Below are positions 9,002 to 18,409 of a stretch of DNA of 64,000 nucleotides, in pieces. The stretch lies in the NCBI GenBank assembly GCA_034664425.1, contig JAXDHR010000075.1:3362-67361 (forward strand). The letters run 5' to 3'. The translations under genes were made by a program, and so were the position numbers. Origin of the DNA: Solirubrobacteraceae bacterium. GTDB lineage: Bacteria > Actinomycetota > Thermoleophilia > Solirubrobacterales > Solirubrobacteraceae. The first letter of the stretch is position 1. Every line of letters begins with the position of its first letter. The notes beneath the pieces were generated by a model, which was not told the origin of the DNA, did not search any database, and was given only the letters and a program-made list of their open reading frames with translations.

Positions 9002-10171
9002 ATGATGCCCGCGGTGTCCGCCCGGACTCCCCCTCCCGACGCCGTCCGCCGGCGGCGTCTCGTCGTCGTCGCACTCGCGCTGCTCGCCCTGATCGCCGGG
9101 GCCGCCGTCGGCGCCGGCGGCGGCTCCGAGACGCCGCCGGAGCGCGGTGGCGCCGGCGGGGCGCGGCCGGCCACCGCCCCGCCGAAGGCCGCGACCGCGG
9201 CCGTCGACCGGCTCCCGCTCGAGCAGCAGGTCGGCCAGCTCGTCGTGCTGCGCTTCGCGGGCACGACCGCGCCCTCCTACGTCACGCGCGCGCTCGCCGA
9301 GCGGCGCGTCGCCGGCGCGATCCTCTTCCGCGACAACCTCACCGGTCCGCAGCAGGCGACCGCGCTCGCCGGCGCGCTGCGCCGTGCGGGCGGGGAGCCG
9401 AGACCGATCGTCTGCGTCGATCAGGAGGGAGCGGCGATCCGGATCCTGCCGTGGTCCCCGCCCGCGCGCTCGCAGCCGGCTCAGGGGGCCGCCCAGAGCG
9501 CGGGGCCCGACGCCCGCGCCGCGGCGCGCTCGCTGCTCTCCCAGGGCGTCGACGTCGCGCTCGCCCCGGTCGCGGACGTGCCGATCGCCGGCTCGGCGAT
9601 GGGCGGGCGGCAGTTCTCCGACGACTCCGCCACGGCGGCGCGCGACGTCGCCGCCGCCGTGCGCGGCTGGCGCGCGGGCGGCGTGGCGCCGACGCTCAAG
9701 CACTTCCCGGGCCTCGGCGGCGCGACCGTCAACACCGACGACGGCCCGGCGACCGTCTCGCGGTCGCGCACCCAGCTCGATGCCGACCTCGCGCCGTTCC
9801 GCGCCGGCATCGCCGCCGGCGCGCCGCTCGTGATGGTCTCCTCGGCGTTCTACACGGCGCTCGATCGCACCCGCATCGCGGCCCAGTCGCGCGCGGTGAT
9901 CGACGGCCTGCTGCGCCGGCAGCTCGGCTTCAAGGGCGTCGCGGTGACCGATTCGCTCGAAGCCGCGGCCGTGCGCGCCGTCGGCGACGTCGAGGCCGCC
10001 TCGGTGGCGTCGGTCGCCGCCGGCATGGACCTGATCCTCACGACGGGACGCGGCTCGTACATCCACGTCTACCGCGCGCTGCTGGCGCGCGCGCGTGCCG
10101 ATCGGGGCTTCCGCGCGCGCGTCCGCGAATCAGCAGCCCGCGTGCTGGCGCTGCGCGAGACGCTGCGCTGA
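9002..10171 (+). CDS. Glycoside hydrolase family 3 (NagZ-like beta-N-acetylhexosaminidase) with N-terminal signal/anchor
   Basis: In-frame ATG at 9002 in track ORF 8615..10171. Contains a TM/signal segment (LVVVALALLALIAGAAV), QVGQLVV, CVDQEG, KHFPGLGG and GVAVTDSLE motifs of GH3. Confidence 0.85.
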   Translation: MMPAVSARTPPPDAVRRRRLVVVALALLALIAGAAVGAGGGSETPPERGGAGGARPATAPPKAATAAVDRLPLEQQVGQLVVLRFAGTTAPSYVTRALAERRVAGAILFRDNLTGPQQATALAGALRRAGGEPRPIVCVDQEGAAIRILPWSPPARSQPAQGAAQSAGPDARAAARSLLSQGVDVALAPVADVPIAGSAMGGRQFSDDSATAARDVAAAVRGWRAGGVAPTLKHFPGLGGATVNTDDGPATVSRSRTQLDADLAPFRAGIAAGAPLVMVSSAFYTALDRTRIAAQSRAVIDGLLRRQLGFKGVAVTDSLEAAAVRAVGDVEAASVASVAAGMDLILTTGRGSYIHVYRALLARARADRGFRARVRESAARVLALRETLR

Positions 10172-10220
10172 CAGCGGTTGCGGCGTCAACCGCTCCCCGT
10201 CGGCCCGCGTACACTCTCGT

Positions 10221-12617
10221 ATGACCGTGGCCCAGAGGGAGCTGCCTTCGAAGGTGAACGAGAACGCCGTCTCGCTCGCGCGCGAGTGGCGACGGCTCGG
10301 CCGCGCGGCGACCGCCGTGGCGCTGCTGACCTCGCCCGCGGTGTTCGTGCTGTTCCACAACCGCTACGGCTGGCCGTGGCCCTGGGCGATCCTCGGCGCG
10401 CTGGGCGTGGTCGTCGTCTTCCGGGCGCTCGTCGACATCTTCGCGCACCGCGTGATCCCGACCCCGTCGCTCTACGGCACGGGCGCCGAGCTACGCGAGG
10501 ACGACGTGATCTCGCGGCGGCGCCTGTGGTACTGGCGGCGCAAGCTGCGCCGCACGCTGCTGCTGGGGTCGCTGCTGCTGCTCGTGCTCGGCGGGATCGC
10601 GCTGATCAACGGCGAGAGCCTCGGGGACGCGGCGAGCTCGATCGTCAACTCGCTGCCCAGCGTCGCGACCCAGGCGCTGGGGCTGGGCGCGACGCTGATC
10701 GTCCTCTTCTTCATCAACTTCATCATCCTCTTCGGCCCGTTCGTGCTGCTGGCGGTCCAGCAGATCAAGTCCTACGAGCCGGGCGAGGCGGACTGGGGCG
10801 TGCGCCTCGACGACGTGCGCGGGCAGGCCGAGGCCAAGGAGGAGATCACGCGGGTGGTCTCGCTGTGGCAGTCCGGCGAGGAGTTCGAGAAGGCGGGCGG
10901 CAAGCGCGAGCGCGGAGTCCTCTTCCTCGGCGCGCCCGGCACCGGCAAGACGATGCTCTCGAAGGCGATCGCGACCTCGTTCAACTGCCCCTTCGTGACG
11001 ATCCCGGGGTCAGGCTTCGCGCAGACCTTCATCGGGATGGACGCCGTCACGGTGCGGCTGCTGGCCCGCCGGGCGAAGAAGATGGCGGCCAAGTGGGGCG
11101 GTCAATGCATCGTCTTCATCGACGAGATCGATGCAGTCGGGATGCGGCGCCAGTCGCTCGGCTCGGGCTTCCAGCCGCTCGAGACGCGCACGGTGCACGA
11201 CATGCTCTTCTACGGCCCCGATGGCGCGCTCACCTCCGATGGCGACCTCGTCATGGAGACGGCCGCCTGGCGCGACCGCCTCTTCACGATGCGCTCGCAG
11301 CCGCGCGGGCCGATCTACCCGCCGGCCATCGACAAGCTCGCGGGCGCGATTCGCAACGCGATCATCCCCGGCATGGGCGGCATGGGCGGCGGTGGCGGCC
11401 TCGCACTCAACCAGCTGCTCGTGGTCATGGACGGCATCGACGAGCCGCCGCTCACGCGGCGGGTGCTCACCCGCCGGCTGAACACGTTCCTCGACGCCCT
11501 GTACTTCGTGCCGCAGCGGCTCGGGAAGCTGCGCCTGCGGCTGAAGCCGCCGCGGCCGCGCAAGGAGGAGGTCTACTTCGTCGGCGCGTGCAACGTGCCG
11601 CTGGAGCAGCTCGATCCGGCCCTCGTCCGCCCCGGGCGCATGGGCCGCCACATCTACTTCCGCACGCCCACGTGGGAGGATCGCCGCGACATCTTCGACC
11701 TCTACCTGGGCAAGGTCGCCCACGAGGAGGATCTCGACACGCCGCGCGCCCGCGACGAGCTCGCCCGCATCACCAACGGCTACTCGCCGGCGATGATCGA
11801 CCAGGCCTGCTCGCTCGCGCTCACCTACGCCCACTCGGACGGGCGGATCGCCTTCAGCCGCCACGACCTCGTGGCGGCCATGACGACCGTCGAGGCGGGC
11901 GTCGCGATCGGTCAGCCCTACCCGAAGCACGAGGAGCGCGCGACCGCGATCCACGAGGCGGGCCACGCCGTCTGCGGCCATCTCTATATGGAGTCCTCGC
12001 TGTCGACCCGGCTGTCGATCCGCAAGCGCGGCTCCTCCGGCGGCCATCACCAGATGATGGCCGTCGAGGACCGCTTCGGGCGCTGGCGCTCGGAGCAGGT
12101 CGGCAACCTGATCTGGGGCCTCGGCGCGATGGCCGCCGAGCACGTCTTCTACGACCAGAACACGACCGGCGTCGGCGGCGATGTCGCCTCGGTCACCATG
12201 CAGGCCGCGCAGATGGTCGGCATGCACGCGATGGCGCCGGCGCCGATCGACCTCTCCGACCGCATCCCCGACCCGGAGGAGCGCGAGCGGGAGGAGCAGC
12301 GCGCGATGGAGCGCTTCGAGCACCTGGGCACGCAGATCATGCACCGCTCGGGCGGTGGCCTGATGGACTCGAACCCGTTCATGGCCACGCTCGGCGACCG
12401 TCACAAGGCGCGGCTCGTGGCCGGACTCCTGGGCCAGGCCTTCGTCGTCGCCTGGTGCACGGTGCGCGCGAACCGCGAGGCGACCGAGCGGATCGCCCAG
12501 CGGCTGATCGACGAGGGCGAGCTCTACGGCGACGAGGTCACCGGCCTGCTCGACGCCGCCGGCCTGCGCCGGCCCGACATCGACGTTCGCGACGAGGCCA
12601 CGTGGCCCGCGATCTGA
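10221..12617 (+). CDS. FtsH-family AAA+ zinc metalloprotease paralog (atypical: ~4 TM, insertions in the AAA module)
   Basis: In-frame ATG at 10221. Walker A GAPGTGKT, Walker B IVFIDEIDA, LNQLLVVMDG, DPALVRPGRMGRHI and Zn site HEAGHAV are present. TACACT lies 5 nt upstream of the ATG. Confidence 0.85.
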   Translation: MTVAQRELPSKVNENAVSLAREWRRLGRAATAVALLTSPAVFVLFHNRYGWPWPWAILGALGVVVVFRALVDIFAHRVIPTPSLYGTGAELREDDVISRRRLWYWRRKLRRTLLLGSLLLLVLGGIALINGESLGDAASSIVNSLPSVATQALGLGATLIVLFFINFIILFGPFVLLAVQQIKSYEPGEADWGVRLDDVRGQAEAKEEITRVVSLWQSGEEFEKAGGKRERGVLFLGAPGTGKTMLSKAIATSFNCPFVTIPGSGFAQTFIGMDAVTVRLLARRAKKMAAKWGGQCIVFIDEIDAVGMRRQSLGSGFQPLETRTVHDMLFYGPDGALTSDGDLVMETAAWRDRLFTMRSQPRGPIYPPAIDKLAGAIRNAIIPGMGGMGGGGGLALNQLLVVMDGIDEPPLTRRVLTRRLNTFLDALYFVPQRLGKLRLRLKPPRPRKEEVYFVGACNVPLEQLDPALVRPGRMGRHIYFRTPTWEDRRDIFDLYLGKVAHEEDLDTPRARDELARITNGYSPAMIDQACSLALTYAHSDGRIAFSRHDLVAAMTTVEAGVAIGQPYPKHEERATAIHEAGHAVCGHLYMESSLSTRLSIRKRGSSGGHHQMMAVEDRFGRWRSEQVGNLIWGLGAMAAEHVFYDQNTTGVGGDVASVTMQAAQMVGMHAMAPAPIDLSDRIPDPEEREREEQRAMERFEHLGTQIMHRSGGGLMDSNPFMATLGDRHKARLVAGLLGQAFVVAWCTVRANREATERIAQRLIDEGELYGDEVTGLLDAAGLRRPDIDVRDEATWPAI

Positions 12618-13504
12618 TCCCGCCACCGTCGCCCGCGGGGCGCCCGTCGGCCGATCCGGACCAGCGCGACGCGCTCGCCGCGGCGGCTCCCGCGGCCGAT
12701 GCGCGCGCCGGGGCGCCGGCCGCGAGCGCCGGGCCGAGCCCGTTCCGGGCGCGCTTCGGCTTCATCCTCGGCGCCCTGCTCGGCGTCCTCGTATGCGCTG
12801 GGCTCGCCTTCGCGCTGCTGCTGGGCACCAAGCCGAGCGGGCCGCAGGGCGTCACGCTCGCCGACCACTGGTCGAACTGGCAGCCGCCGACGTCCGATCC
12901 GACCCAGGGCGCGGTCGCGATCGCCGAGCACGTCGGCGGCGATTACCGCTTCAACGACGGCAAGCAGCTCGTCGGCGTCGAGGGCCAGACGCTGCAGTAC
13001 CAGTCGCTGCCGCTCGCGGTGGCGCTGCGCACCGCCGACGGCTCGATCCACAACTACGGCTCCAACGGGCTCCTGTTCACGCTGCGCGGCCAGGGCAAGG
13101 ACGGGCGGCTGGTCGGCGAGAAGCCCTCGCGCGCGCGCCATGCGCTGCTGCGCCGCGAGGCGCTCGAGCTGGCGCTCTACTCGTTCCGCTACCTCGACGG
13201 CATCAACGAGGTCGTGACGCTGCTGCCGCCGGCCGTGCCGAACGGGAAGGCGGCCAAGAAGAACAAGAAGGCCAAGGCGCAGCTGCAGGCCATCTACTAC
13301 CGGCCGGGCGACCTCAAGCCACAGCTCGAGTCCCCGCTCGACCAGACGCTCGACCCCGGCCGGCTGGCGCCCGATCAGCTGGGCCCGATCGAGAAGCGGC
13401 GGATCGACGCTCTGACGATGCCCAACCTGTTCCTGGTCTCCTACCAGCTCGCCCAGAACCAGCTGCCCTACCTCGTGCTGGACCGCCCCTCCTCATCAGG
13501 CTGA
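12602..13504 (+). CDS. Hypothetical single-pass membrane protein, co-transcribed with the FtsH paralog
   Basis: Only the 3' third of track ORF 10178..13504 looks coding. It has a TM (FGFILGALLGVLVCAGLAFALLLG) followed by a ~230-aa non-repetitive domain with a KKNKKAKAQ patch. The only in-frame start before the TM is the GTG at 12602, which overlaps the ftsH-like end by 16 nt. Confidence 0.5.
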   Translation: MARDLIPPPSPAGRPSADPDQRDALAAAAPAADARAGAPAASAGPSPFRARFGFILGALLGVLVCAGLAFALLLGTKPSGPQGVTLADHWSNWQPPTSDPTQGAVAIAEHVGGDYRFNDGKQLVGVEGQTLQYQSLPLAVALRTADGSIHNYGSNGLLFTLRGQGKDGRLVGEKPSRARHALLRREALELALYSFRYLDGINEVVTLLPPAVPNGKAAKKNKKAKAQLQAIYYRPGDLKPQLESPLDQTLDPGRLAPDQLGPIEKRRIDALTMPNLFLVSYQLAQNQLPYLVLDRPSSSG

Positions 13505-13665
13505 GCGCGCTGCTCGTAGCCCGGGCACGACCGCACCGGGACGCGCGGGTACTTCGGATACGCCGGGTCGCTCTTCGAGCGCCGGCACAGCGTGAACCGC
13601 GACCCGCGGCCGGTCCGTACCAGCTGCTGGTGCAGACACGTCGCGCAGAGGCCGAACGGGGTCAG
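13468..13665 (-). CDS. Small Cys4 (zinc-ribbon-like) protein; start codon uncertain, possibly CTG
   Basis: Tail of shadow ORF 13468..14328. ..TPFGLCATCLHQQLVRTGRGSRFTLCRRSKSDPAYPKYPRVPVRSCPGYE has a CxxC...C...C pattern. There is no ATG/GTG before the first Cys unless it overlaps the upstream gene by ~100 nt. A CTG overlaps the upstream TGA (CTGA). Confidence 0.4.
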   Translation of the reverse strand: MTPFGLCATCLHQQLVRTGRGSRFTLCRRSKSDPAYPKYPRVPVRSCPGYEQRAQPDEEGRSSTR

Positions 13666-13958
13666 ATCCGGCGGGCGCGGATGCGCGCCAGGTCCTCGTG
13701 ATGGGACGTGACCCGGCGCTTGACCGCGTCGGAGTCGGCGCGCGCATGTACCAGGCTCCACATCGAGTCGGCGACCTGCTCGGCCGTCTCGGGCGTCGCG
13801 CGATCGCGCATGCGGTCGACGAGCGCGATCTCCAGCCGCTCGATCTTCTCCTCGGCGCTGCCGTCGCCCAGCGCCGGGAACGGGACGCCGCGCAGGTGCT
13901 CGTCCCACGCGCCCTTGACCATGGCGAAGCGGTTGCGGAGGGCGATCGGGTCCGTCAT
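13662..13958 (-). CDS. Hypothetical protein (98 aa)
   Basis: The ORF has balanced composition (MTDPIALRNRFAMVKGAWDEHLRG...), unlike the shadow ORFs. No family recognised. Confidence 0.55.
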   Translation of the reverse strand: MTDPIALRNRFAMVKGAWDEHLRGVPFPALGDGSAEEKIERLEIALVDRMRDRATPETAEQVADSMWSLVHARADSDAVKRRVTSHHEDLARIRARRI

Positions 13959-14040
13959 GCGATGCGCGAGTGTTGCAGATGCGCGGCTCGTGGCTCAAGA
14001 CGGGAAGCCGCCCCGGCCGCCCGTGTTCATCCGACCGTCC

Positions 14041-14046
14041 TAGAGT
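14041..14046 (+). promoter_or_regulatory. -10-like hexamer TAGAGT, 7 nt before the ABC GTG start (leaderless-type)
   Basis: TAGAGT-tgattgc-GTG. Matches the actinobacterial TANNNT -10 consensus, with spacing that puts the TSS at or next to the start codon. Confidence 0.4.
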
Positions 14047-14053
14047 TGATTGC

Positions 14054-15829
14054 GTGAGCACCTTCTGGCGCCTCCTGAGCTTCCTGCGCCCGTACCGGGC
14101 CGCGGCGATCTGGTCGCTCGTGCTCGCGGGACTCGCGATGGGCGCCACGGTGCTGATCCCGTTCGTCACCGGCCGCGCGGTGGACGCGATCGGCCGCCAC
14201 GACCGCGGCGGGCTGGAGCTGGCCGCCGCGCTGGTCGTCGGGGCCGCGCTCGGGCGCCTCGTGCTCTCCGTGGCGCGGCGGCTCGTCGCGGGGCGCGTGT
14301 CGCTCGGCGTCGAGGTCGACCTGCGCAATCTCGTCTACGAGCACCTGCAGCAGCTCGAGCTCGGCTTCTTCGCGGGCCAGCAGACCGGTCAGCTGATGTC
14401 GCGCGCGACGGTCGATCTCCAGTCGGTGCGCTTCTTCCTCGGCTACGGGCTGGTGTTCATCGCCCAGAGCGGGCTGACGATCGTCCTCGCGGCGGCGGCG
14501 ATGCTCGCGCTGCAACCCGAGCTCGGGGCGCTCGCGCTGTCCCCGGTTCCCTTCGTGGTGTTCGTGGCCGCGCGCTACGGGCGCCGGTCGCGACCGGCGC
14601 TGCAGGAGGTTCAGCAACGGATCGCCGAGCTGACCGCCGACGTCGAGGAGAACGTGTCGGGCGTGCGCGTGGTCAAGGCCTTCGCGGCCGAGGAGCGCCA
14701 GCTCGGGCGCTTCGAGACGACCGTGACCCGCGTCTTCGACCAGAACCTGACCGCGACCCGGCTGCGCGCGTTCTACAACCCGTTCATCGGCTTCCTGCCG
14801 AACCTCGGCCTCGCCATCATCCTGCTCGTCGGCGGCCGCCAGGTCGTCAGCGGACGGCTCTCGCTCGGCGACTTCACCGCGTTCTACTCCTACCTGCTGA
14901 TGCTGATCGGGCCGATGCGCCAGCTCGGCGTCGCGCTCGGGCTCTCGCAGCGGGCGACCGCGTCGGGAGCACGGCTGTTCGAGGTGCTCGACCGCGCGCC
15001 GCGGCTCACCGCGCCGCGCGACGCGCCGCCGCTGCCCGAAGGCCGCGGGCGCGTCGAGCTCGATCACGTCTCGTTCCGCTACGCCGAAGACAGCCAGGAG
15101 ATCCTCCACGACGTCGACCTCGAGATCGAGCCGGGTGCGACGGTCGCCCTCGTCGGCGCCACGGGCTCGGGCAAGACGACGCTCGTGCAGCTGCTGCCGC
15201 GGCTCTACGACCCGACCGCGGGCACGGTGCGGATCGACGGGGCCGACCTGCGCGAGGTCGAACTCGCCTCCTTGCGCGGCCAGATCGCCGTGGTCGACGA
15301 CGACCCGTTCCTGTTCTCGGACACCGTGGCCAACAACATCGCCTACGCGAGGGGCGGGCGGGGAGAGGTGCCGCGCGAGGAGATCGAGCGGGCCGCCGAG
15401 CGAGCGCAGGCGGCGGGCTTCATCGCCGAGCTCCCCGACGGCTACGACACGCGCGTCGGCGAGCGCGGGCTGACCCTCTCCGGCGGCCAGCGCCAGCGGC
15501 TCGCGATCGCGCGCGCCTTCCTCGCCGACCCGCGGATCCTGATCCTCGACGATGCGACATCCTCGGTCGACGCCTCGACCGAGCAGGCGATCAAGCGCGC
15601 GCTGCGCGAGGTGATGGCTGGCCGGACGACGTTCATCATCGCCCACCGGCTGTCGACGATCGCCCTGGCCGACGACATCATCGTGCTCGAGAAGGGCCGC
15701 GTGGAGGCGCGCGGCACGCACACCGAGCTGCTCGAGACCTCGCCGCTGTACGCCGAGATCGCCGAGAAGGGCCTCCCGGACCAGGTGTTCCTCAACCGCA
15801 ACCCGAGGGAGCGGGTCGCGGGACTGTGA
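14054..15829 (+). CDS. ABC transporter permease/ATP-binding protein (type I exporter half-transporter)
   Basis: In-frame GTG at 14054 (VSTFWRLLSFLRPYR...). Six-TM domain, Walker A GATGSGKTT, signature LSGGQRQRLAIARA, Walker B ILILDDATS. Confidence 0.9.
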   Translation: MSTFWRLLSFLRPYRAAAIWSLVLAGLAMGATVLIPFVTGRAVDAIGRHDRGGLELAAALVVGAALGRLVLSVARRLVAGRVSLGVEVDLRNLVYEHLQQLELGFFAGQQTGQLMSRATVDLQSVRFFLGYGLVFIAQSGLTIVLAAAAMLALQPELGALALSPVPFVVFVAARYGRRSRPALQEVQQRIAELTADVEENVSGVRVVKAFAAEERQLGRFETTVTRVFDQNLTATRLRAFYNPFIGFLPNLGLAIILLVGGRQVVSGRLSLGDFTAFYSYLLMLIGPMRQLGVALGLSQRATASGARLFEVLDRAPRLTAPRDAPPLPEGRGRVELDHVSFRYAEDSQEILHDVDLEIEPGATVALVGATGSGKTTLVQLLPRLYDPTAGTVRIDGADLREVELASLRGQIAVVDDDPFLFSDTVANNIAYARGGRGEVPREEIERAAERAQAAGFIAELPDGYDTRVGERGLTLSGGQRQRLAIARAFLADPRILILDDATSSVDASTEQAIKRALREVMAGRTTFIIAHRLSTIALADDIIVLEKGRVEARGTHTELLETSPLYAEIAEKGLPDQVFLNRNPRERVAGL

Positions 15830-17595
15830 ACCTCCGCCTTGGCACCCCCGGACGCGGGCGCAAGCTGCGCGGCATGCTCGCGCTGCTGCGGCCCTACCGC
15901 GGCCGCACCGTGGTGATGTTCGTCTCGCTGCTGCTGGCCACCGCCGCGCAGCTCGCCCCGCCGCCGCTGGCCAAGCTCGCCATCGACGAGGGCATCACGC
16001 CCGGGAACCTGCAGCGGCTCACGCTCGTCGTCATCGCCTTCCTGCTCAGCGCGCTCGTCTACTGGGGCGCGAGCTACGTCCAGACCTACCTCGTGGGCTG
16101 GGTCGGCCAGCGCGTGCTGCAGGACCTGCGGCTGCAGATCTTCCGGCACCTGCAGCAGCTTTCGATCGGCTTCTACTCGCGCCGCCAGGCCGGGGTCATC
16201 ATCTCGCGGCTGACGAACGACGTGCAGGCGCTCGATCAGCTTGTCTCCGACGGCGTGGTGACGCTGTTCCAGTCGACGCTGCTGCTGCTCGGCACGCTCG
16301 TGATCCTCTTCACGCTGGACGCCAAGCTCGCCCTGATCACGATGATCGTCTTCCCGATCCTCGGCGGCGCGTCGCTCGCCTTCCGGGTCGTCTCGGCGGA
16401 GGCCTACCGGCTGACGCGCGAGAGAGTCGCCGCGATCACCGCGTACCTGCAGGAGACCCTCTCGGGCATCCGCGTCGTCCGCGCGTTCGCCCAGGAGGAA
16501 CGGCACATCCTCCGCTTCGGCGAGCTCAACGACGAGAACCGCGACGCGAACATGGTCACGGTCAACCTCAACGCGGCCTACTTCCCGGGGGTCGAGCTCC
16601 TGTCGTCGCTGGTTACCGCCGGAATCCTGCTCTACGGCGGCCTGCAGGCGATCCACGGCCAGGTGACGGTCGGCGTGCTCGTCGCCTTCGTCGCCGCGCT
16701 GAACAACTTCTTCGATCCGATCCAGCAGCTGTCGCAGCTGTACACGACCTACCAGGCGGGCATGGCCGCGCTCGACAAGATCTTCGAGCTGCTCGACGTG
16801 GAGCCCGAGCTCTCGGACCGCCGCGATGCGATCGAGCTCGATCGCCTGCGCGGGGAGATCGTCTTCGACGACGTCTCCTTCGGGTACGGGACCGACGGCG
16901 CGGCGGACGCGATGTCCCACATCTCGCTGCAGATCCCGCCGGGGCAGACGGTCGCGCTGGTCGGCGCGACGGGCGCGGGCAAGTCGACGTTCGCGAAGCT
17001 CGTCGCGCGCTTCTACGACCCCACCTCCGGCCGCGTGCTCGTCGACGGGCACGACCTGCGGGACGTCTCCTCGTACTCGCTTCGCCGGCAGATGGGGATC
17101 GTGCCGCAGGAGGCGTTCCTGTTCAGCGGCACGATCCGCGAGAACCTCGCCTTCGGGCGCCCGGACGCCTCACAGGAGACCGTCGAGAGCGCGGCGCGCG
17201 CCGTCGGCGCCGACGAGTTCATCGCCGATCTGCCCGACGGCTACGACACGGAGGTCGGCGAGCGCGGGATCCAGCTCTCCGCCGGCCAGCGCCAGCTCGT
17301 GGCCTTCGCCCGCGCGCTCGTTGCCGACCCGAGCATCCTCGTGCTCGACGAGGCGACGGCGAACGTCGACATCCACACCGAGGGCAAGATCGAGGCCGGG
17401 CTGCGGCGGCTGCTCGCGGGCCGCACGGCCATCGTCATCGCCCACCGCCTGTCGACGATCCGGACCGCCGGGCGGATCGTCGTGCTCGACCACGGCCGGA
17501 TCGTCGAGCAGGGCACGCACGACGAGCTGCTCGAAGCGCACGGCGCCTACTGGGCGCTGTACCGCGACTGGGCCGAGCAGTCGGCGATCGCCTAG
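15826..17595 (+). CDS. ABC transporter permease/ATP-binding protein (partner half-transporter)
   Basis: 3' half of track ORF 14050..17595. The GTG at 15826 overlaps the upstream TGA (GTGA); an alternative ATG lies at 15874. GATGAGKST, LSAGQRQLVAFARA and ILVLDEATA are present. Confidence 0.9.
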   Translation: MNLRLGTPGRGRKLRGMLALLRPYRGRTVVMFVSLLLATAAQLAPPPLAKLAIDEGITPGNLQRLTLVVIAFLLSALVYWGASYVQTYLVGWVGQRVLQDLRLQIFRHLQQLSIGFYSRRQAGVIISRLTNDVQALDQLVSDGVVTLFQSTLLLLGTLVILFTLDAKLALITMIVFPILGGASLAFRVVSAEAYRLTRERVAAITAYLQETLSGIRVVRAFAQEERHILRFGELNDENRDANMVTVNLNAAYFPGVELLSSLVTAGILLYGGLQAIHGQVTVGVLVAFVAALNNFFDPIQQLSQLYTTYQAGMAALDKIFELLDVEPELSDRRDAIELDRLRGEIVFDDVSFGYGTDGAADAMSHISLQIPPGQTVALVGATGAGKSTFAKLVARFYDPTSGRVLVDGHDLRDVSSYSLRRQMGIVPQEAFLFSGTIRENLAFGRPDASQETVESAARAVGADEFIADLPDGYDTEVGERGIQLSAGQRQLVAFARALVADPSILVLDEATANVDIHTEGKIEAGLRRLLAGRTAIVIAHRLSTIRTAGRIVVLDHGRIVEQGTHDELLEAHGAYWALYRDWAEQSAIA

Positions 17596-17599
17596 CCGT

Positions 17600-18409
17600 T
17601 CAGCGTGCGAGGCGCTCGACGAGCGCGCGCTCATCGGAGCCGAACCACGGGGGCGCGCCGGCCGCTGCGTTCTCGGCGAGCCGCTCGGGGCGCGAGGTCG
17701 CGGGGATCGCGACGGTGCAGCGCGGGTCGGACAGCGCCCACTTGAGCAGCGCCTGGCCCCAGGTCTGCACGCCGAATTCACCCAGCGGAGCGAGCTCGCG
17801 CGGGTCGGGCGCACGGCGGCCGAGCCCGCCGCCGCCCAGCGGGCGCATGACGAGCACGCCGAGCCCGAGCTCCTCCGCGAGTGGAAGGATCGTGCGCTCG
17901 ACCTCGCGCTCGTGCGGGTTGTAGGGCACCTGGATCGCGGTGATCCGGCCCGTGCGCATCACCTCGGCCAGCTCGCCGAAGGCCCGCGGGCTGTAATGCG
18001 TGGCGCCGAGCGCGCCGATCTGGCCGGCATCCCTGCGGCGCTCGAGCTGCGCCAGCTGCTCGGGCCAGGCGACGAGGTTGTGCAGCTGGTAGAGCTCGAC
18101 GCGGCCGCCGAAGAAGCGCAGCGCCCGGTCGACCTGGGCCTCGCCCTCGCGCGGGTCGGGCGTCCAGACCTTCGTGGCGACGAACGCCTCGTCGCGCCGC
18201 TCGCCGAGGCTCTGGCCGACGACGCGCTCGCTCTCGCCGTACATCGGCGAGGAGTCGATCACGGTGATGCCGGCGTCGAGCGCCGCGCGCACGACCGCGC
18301 CCGCGCGGGCCTCGGCGTCCGCGCCGCGGACGTCGAGTGTCTGCCAGGTCCCCATGCCGACGACGGGCAGCTTTGGGCCGCCGGCGCCGAGGGCGCGCCG
18401 CTCGATCAC
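17600..18409 (-). CDS. Aldo/keto reductase
   Basis: In-frame GTG at 18409 (VIERRALGAGGPKLPVVGMGTWQ...). ITVIDSSPMYGESE and VELYQLHN are present. The start overlaps the EamA stop (GTGA). Confidence 0.85.
   Translation of the reverse strand: MIERRALGAGGPKLPVVGMGTWQTLDVRGADAEARAGAVVRAALDAGITVIDSSPMYGESERVVGQSLGERRDEAFVATKVWTPDPREGEAQVDRALRFFGGRVELYQLHNLVAWPEQLAQLERRRDAGQIGALGATHYSPRAFGELAEVMRTGRITAIQVPYNPHEREVERTILPLAEELGLGVLVMRPLGGGGLGRRAPDPRELAPLGEFGVQTWGQALLKWALSDPRCTVAIPATSRPERLAENAAAGAPPWFGSDERALVERLAR

Noticed and set aside
10178-12600. First ~800 codons of the 1108-aa ORF 10178..13504.
   Set aside because: The region is out of frame with the well-supported FtsH-like CDS and is Arg/Pro/Gly-rich. 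Only the segment after 12602 (TM plus a balanced-composition domain) looks coding.
13640-13680. Programmed -1 frameshift joining the 98-aa ORF to the Cys4 ORF.
   Set aside because: The Cys frame is -1 relative to the upstream gene. However, there is no X XXY YYZ slippery heptamer before the TGA (sequence CGCGCCCGCCGGATCTGA) and no obvious downstream pseudoknot. CTG re-initiation or an unrecognised start is more parsimonious.
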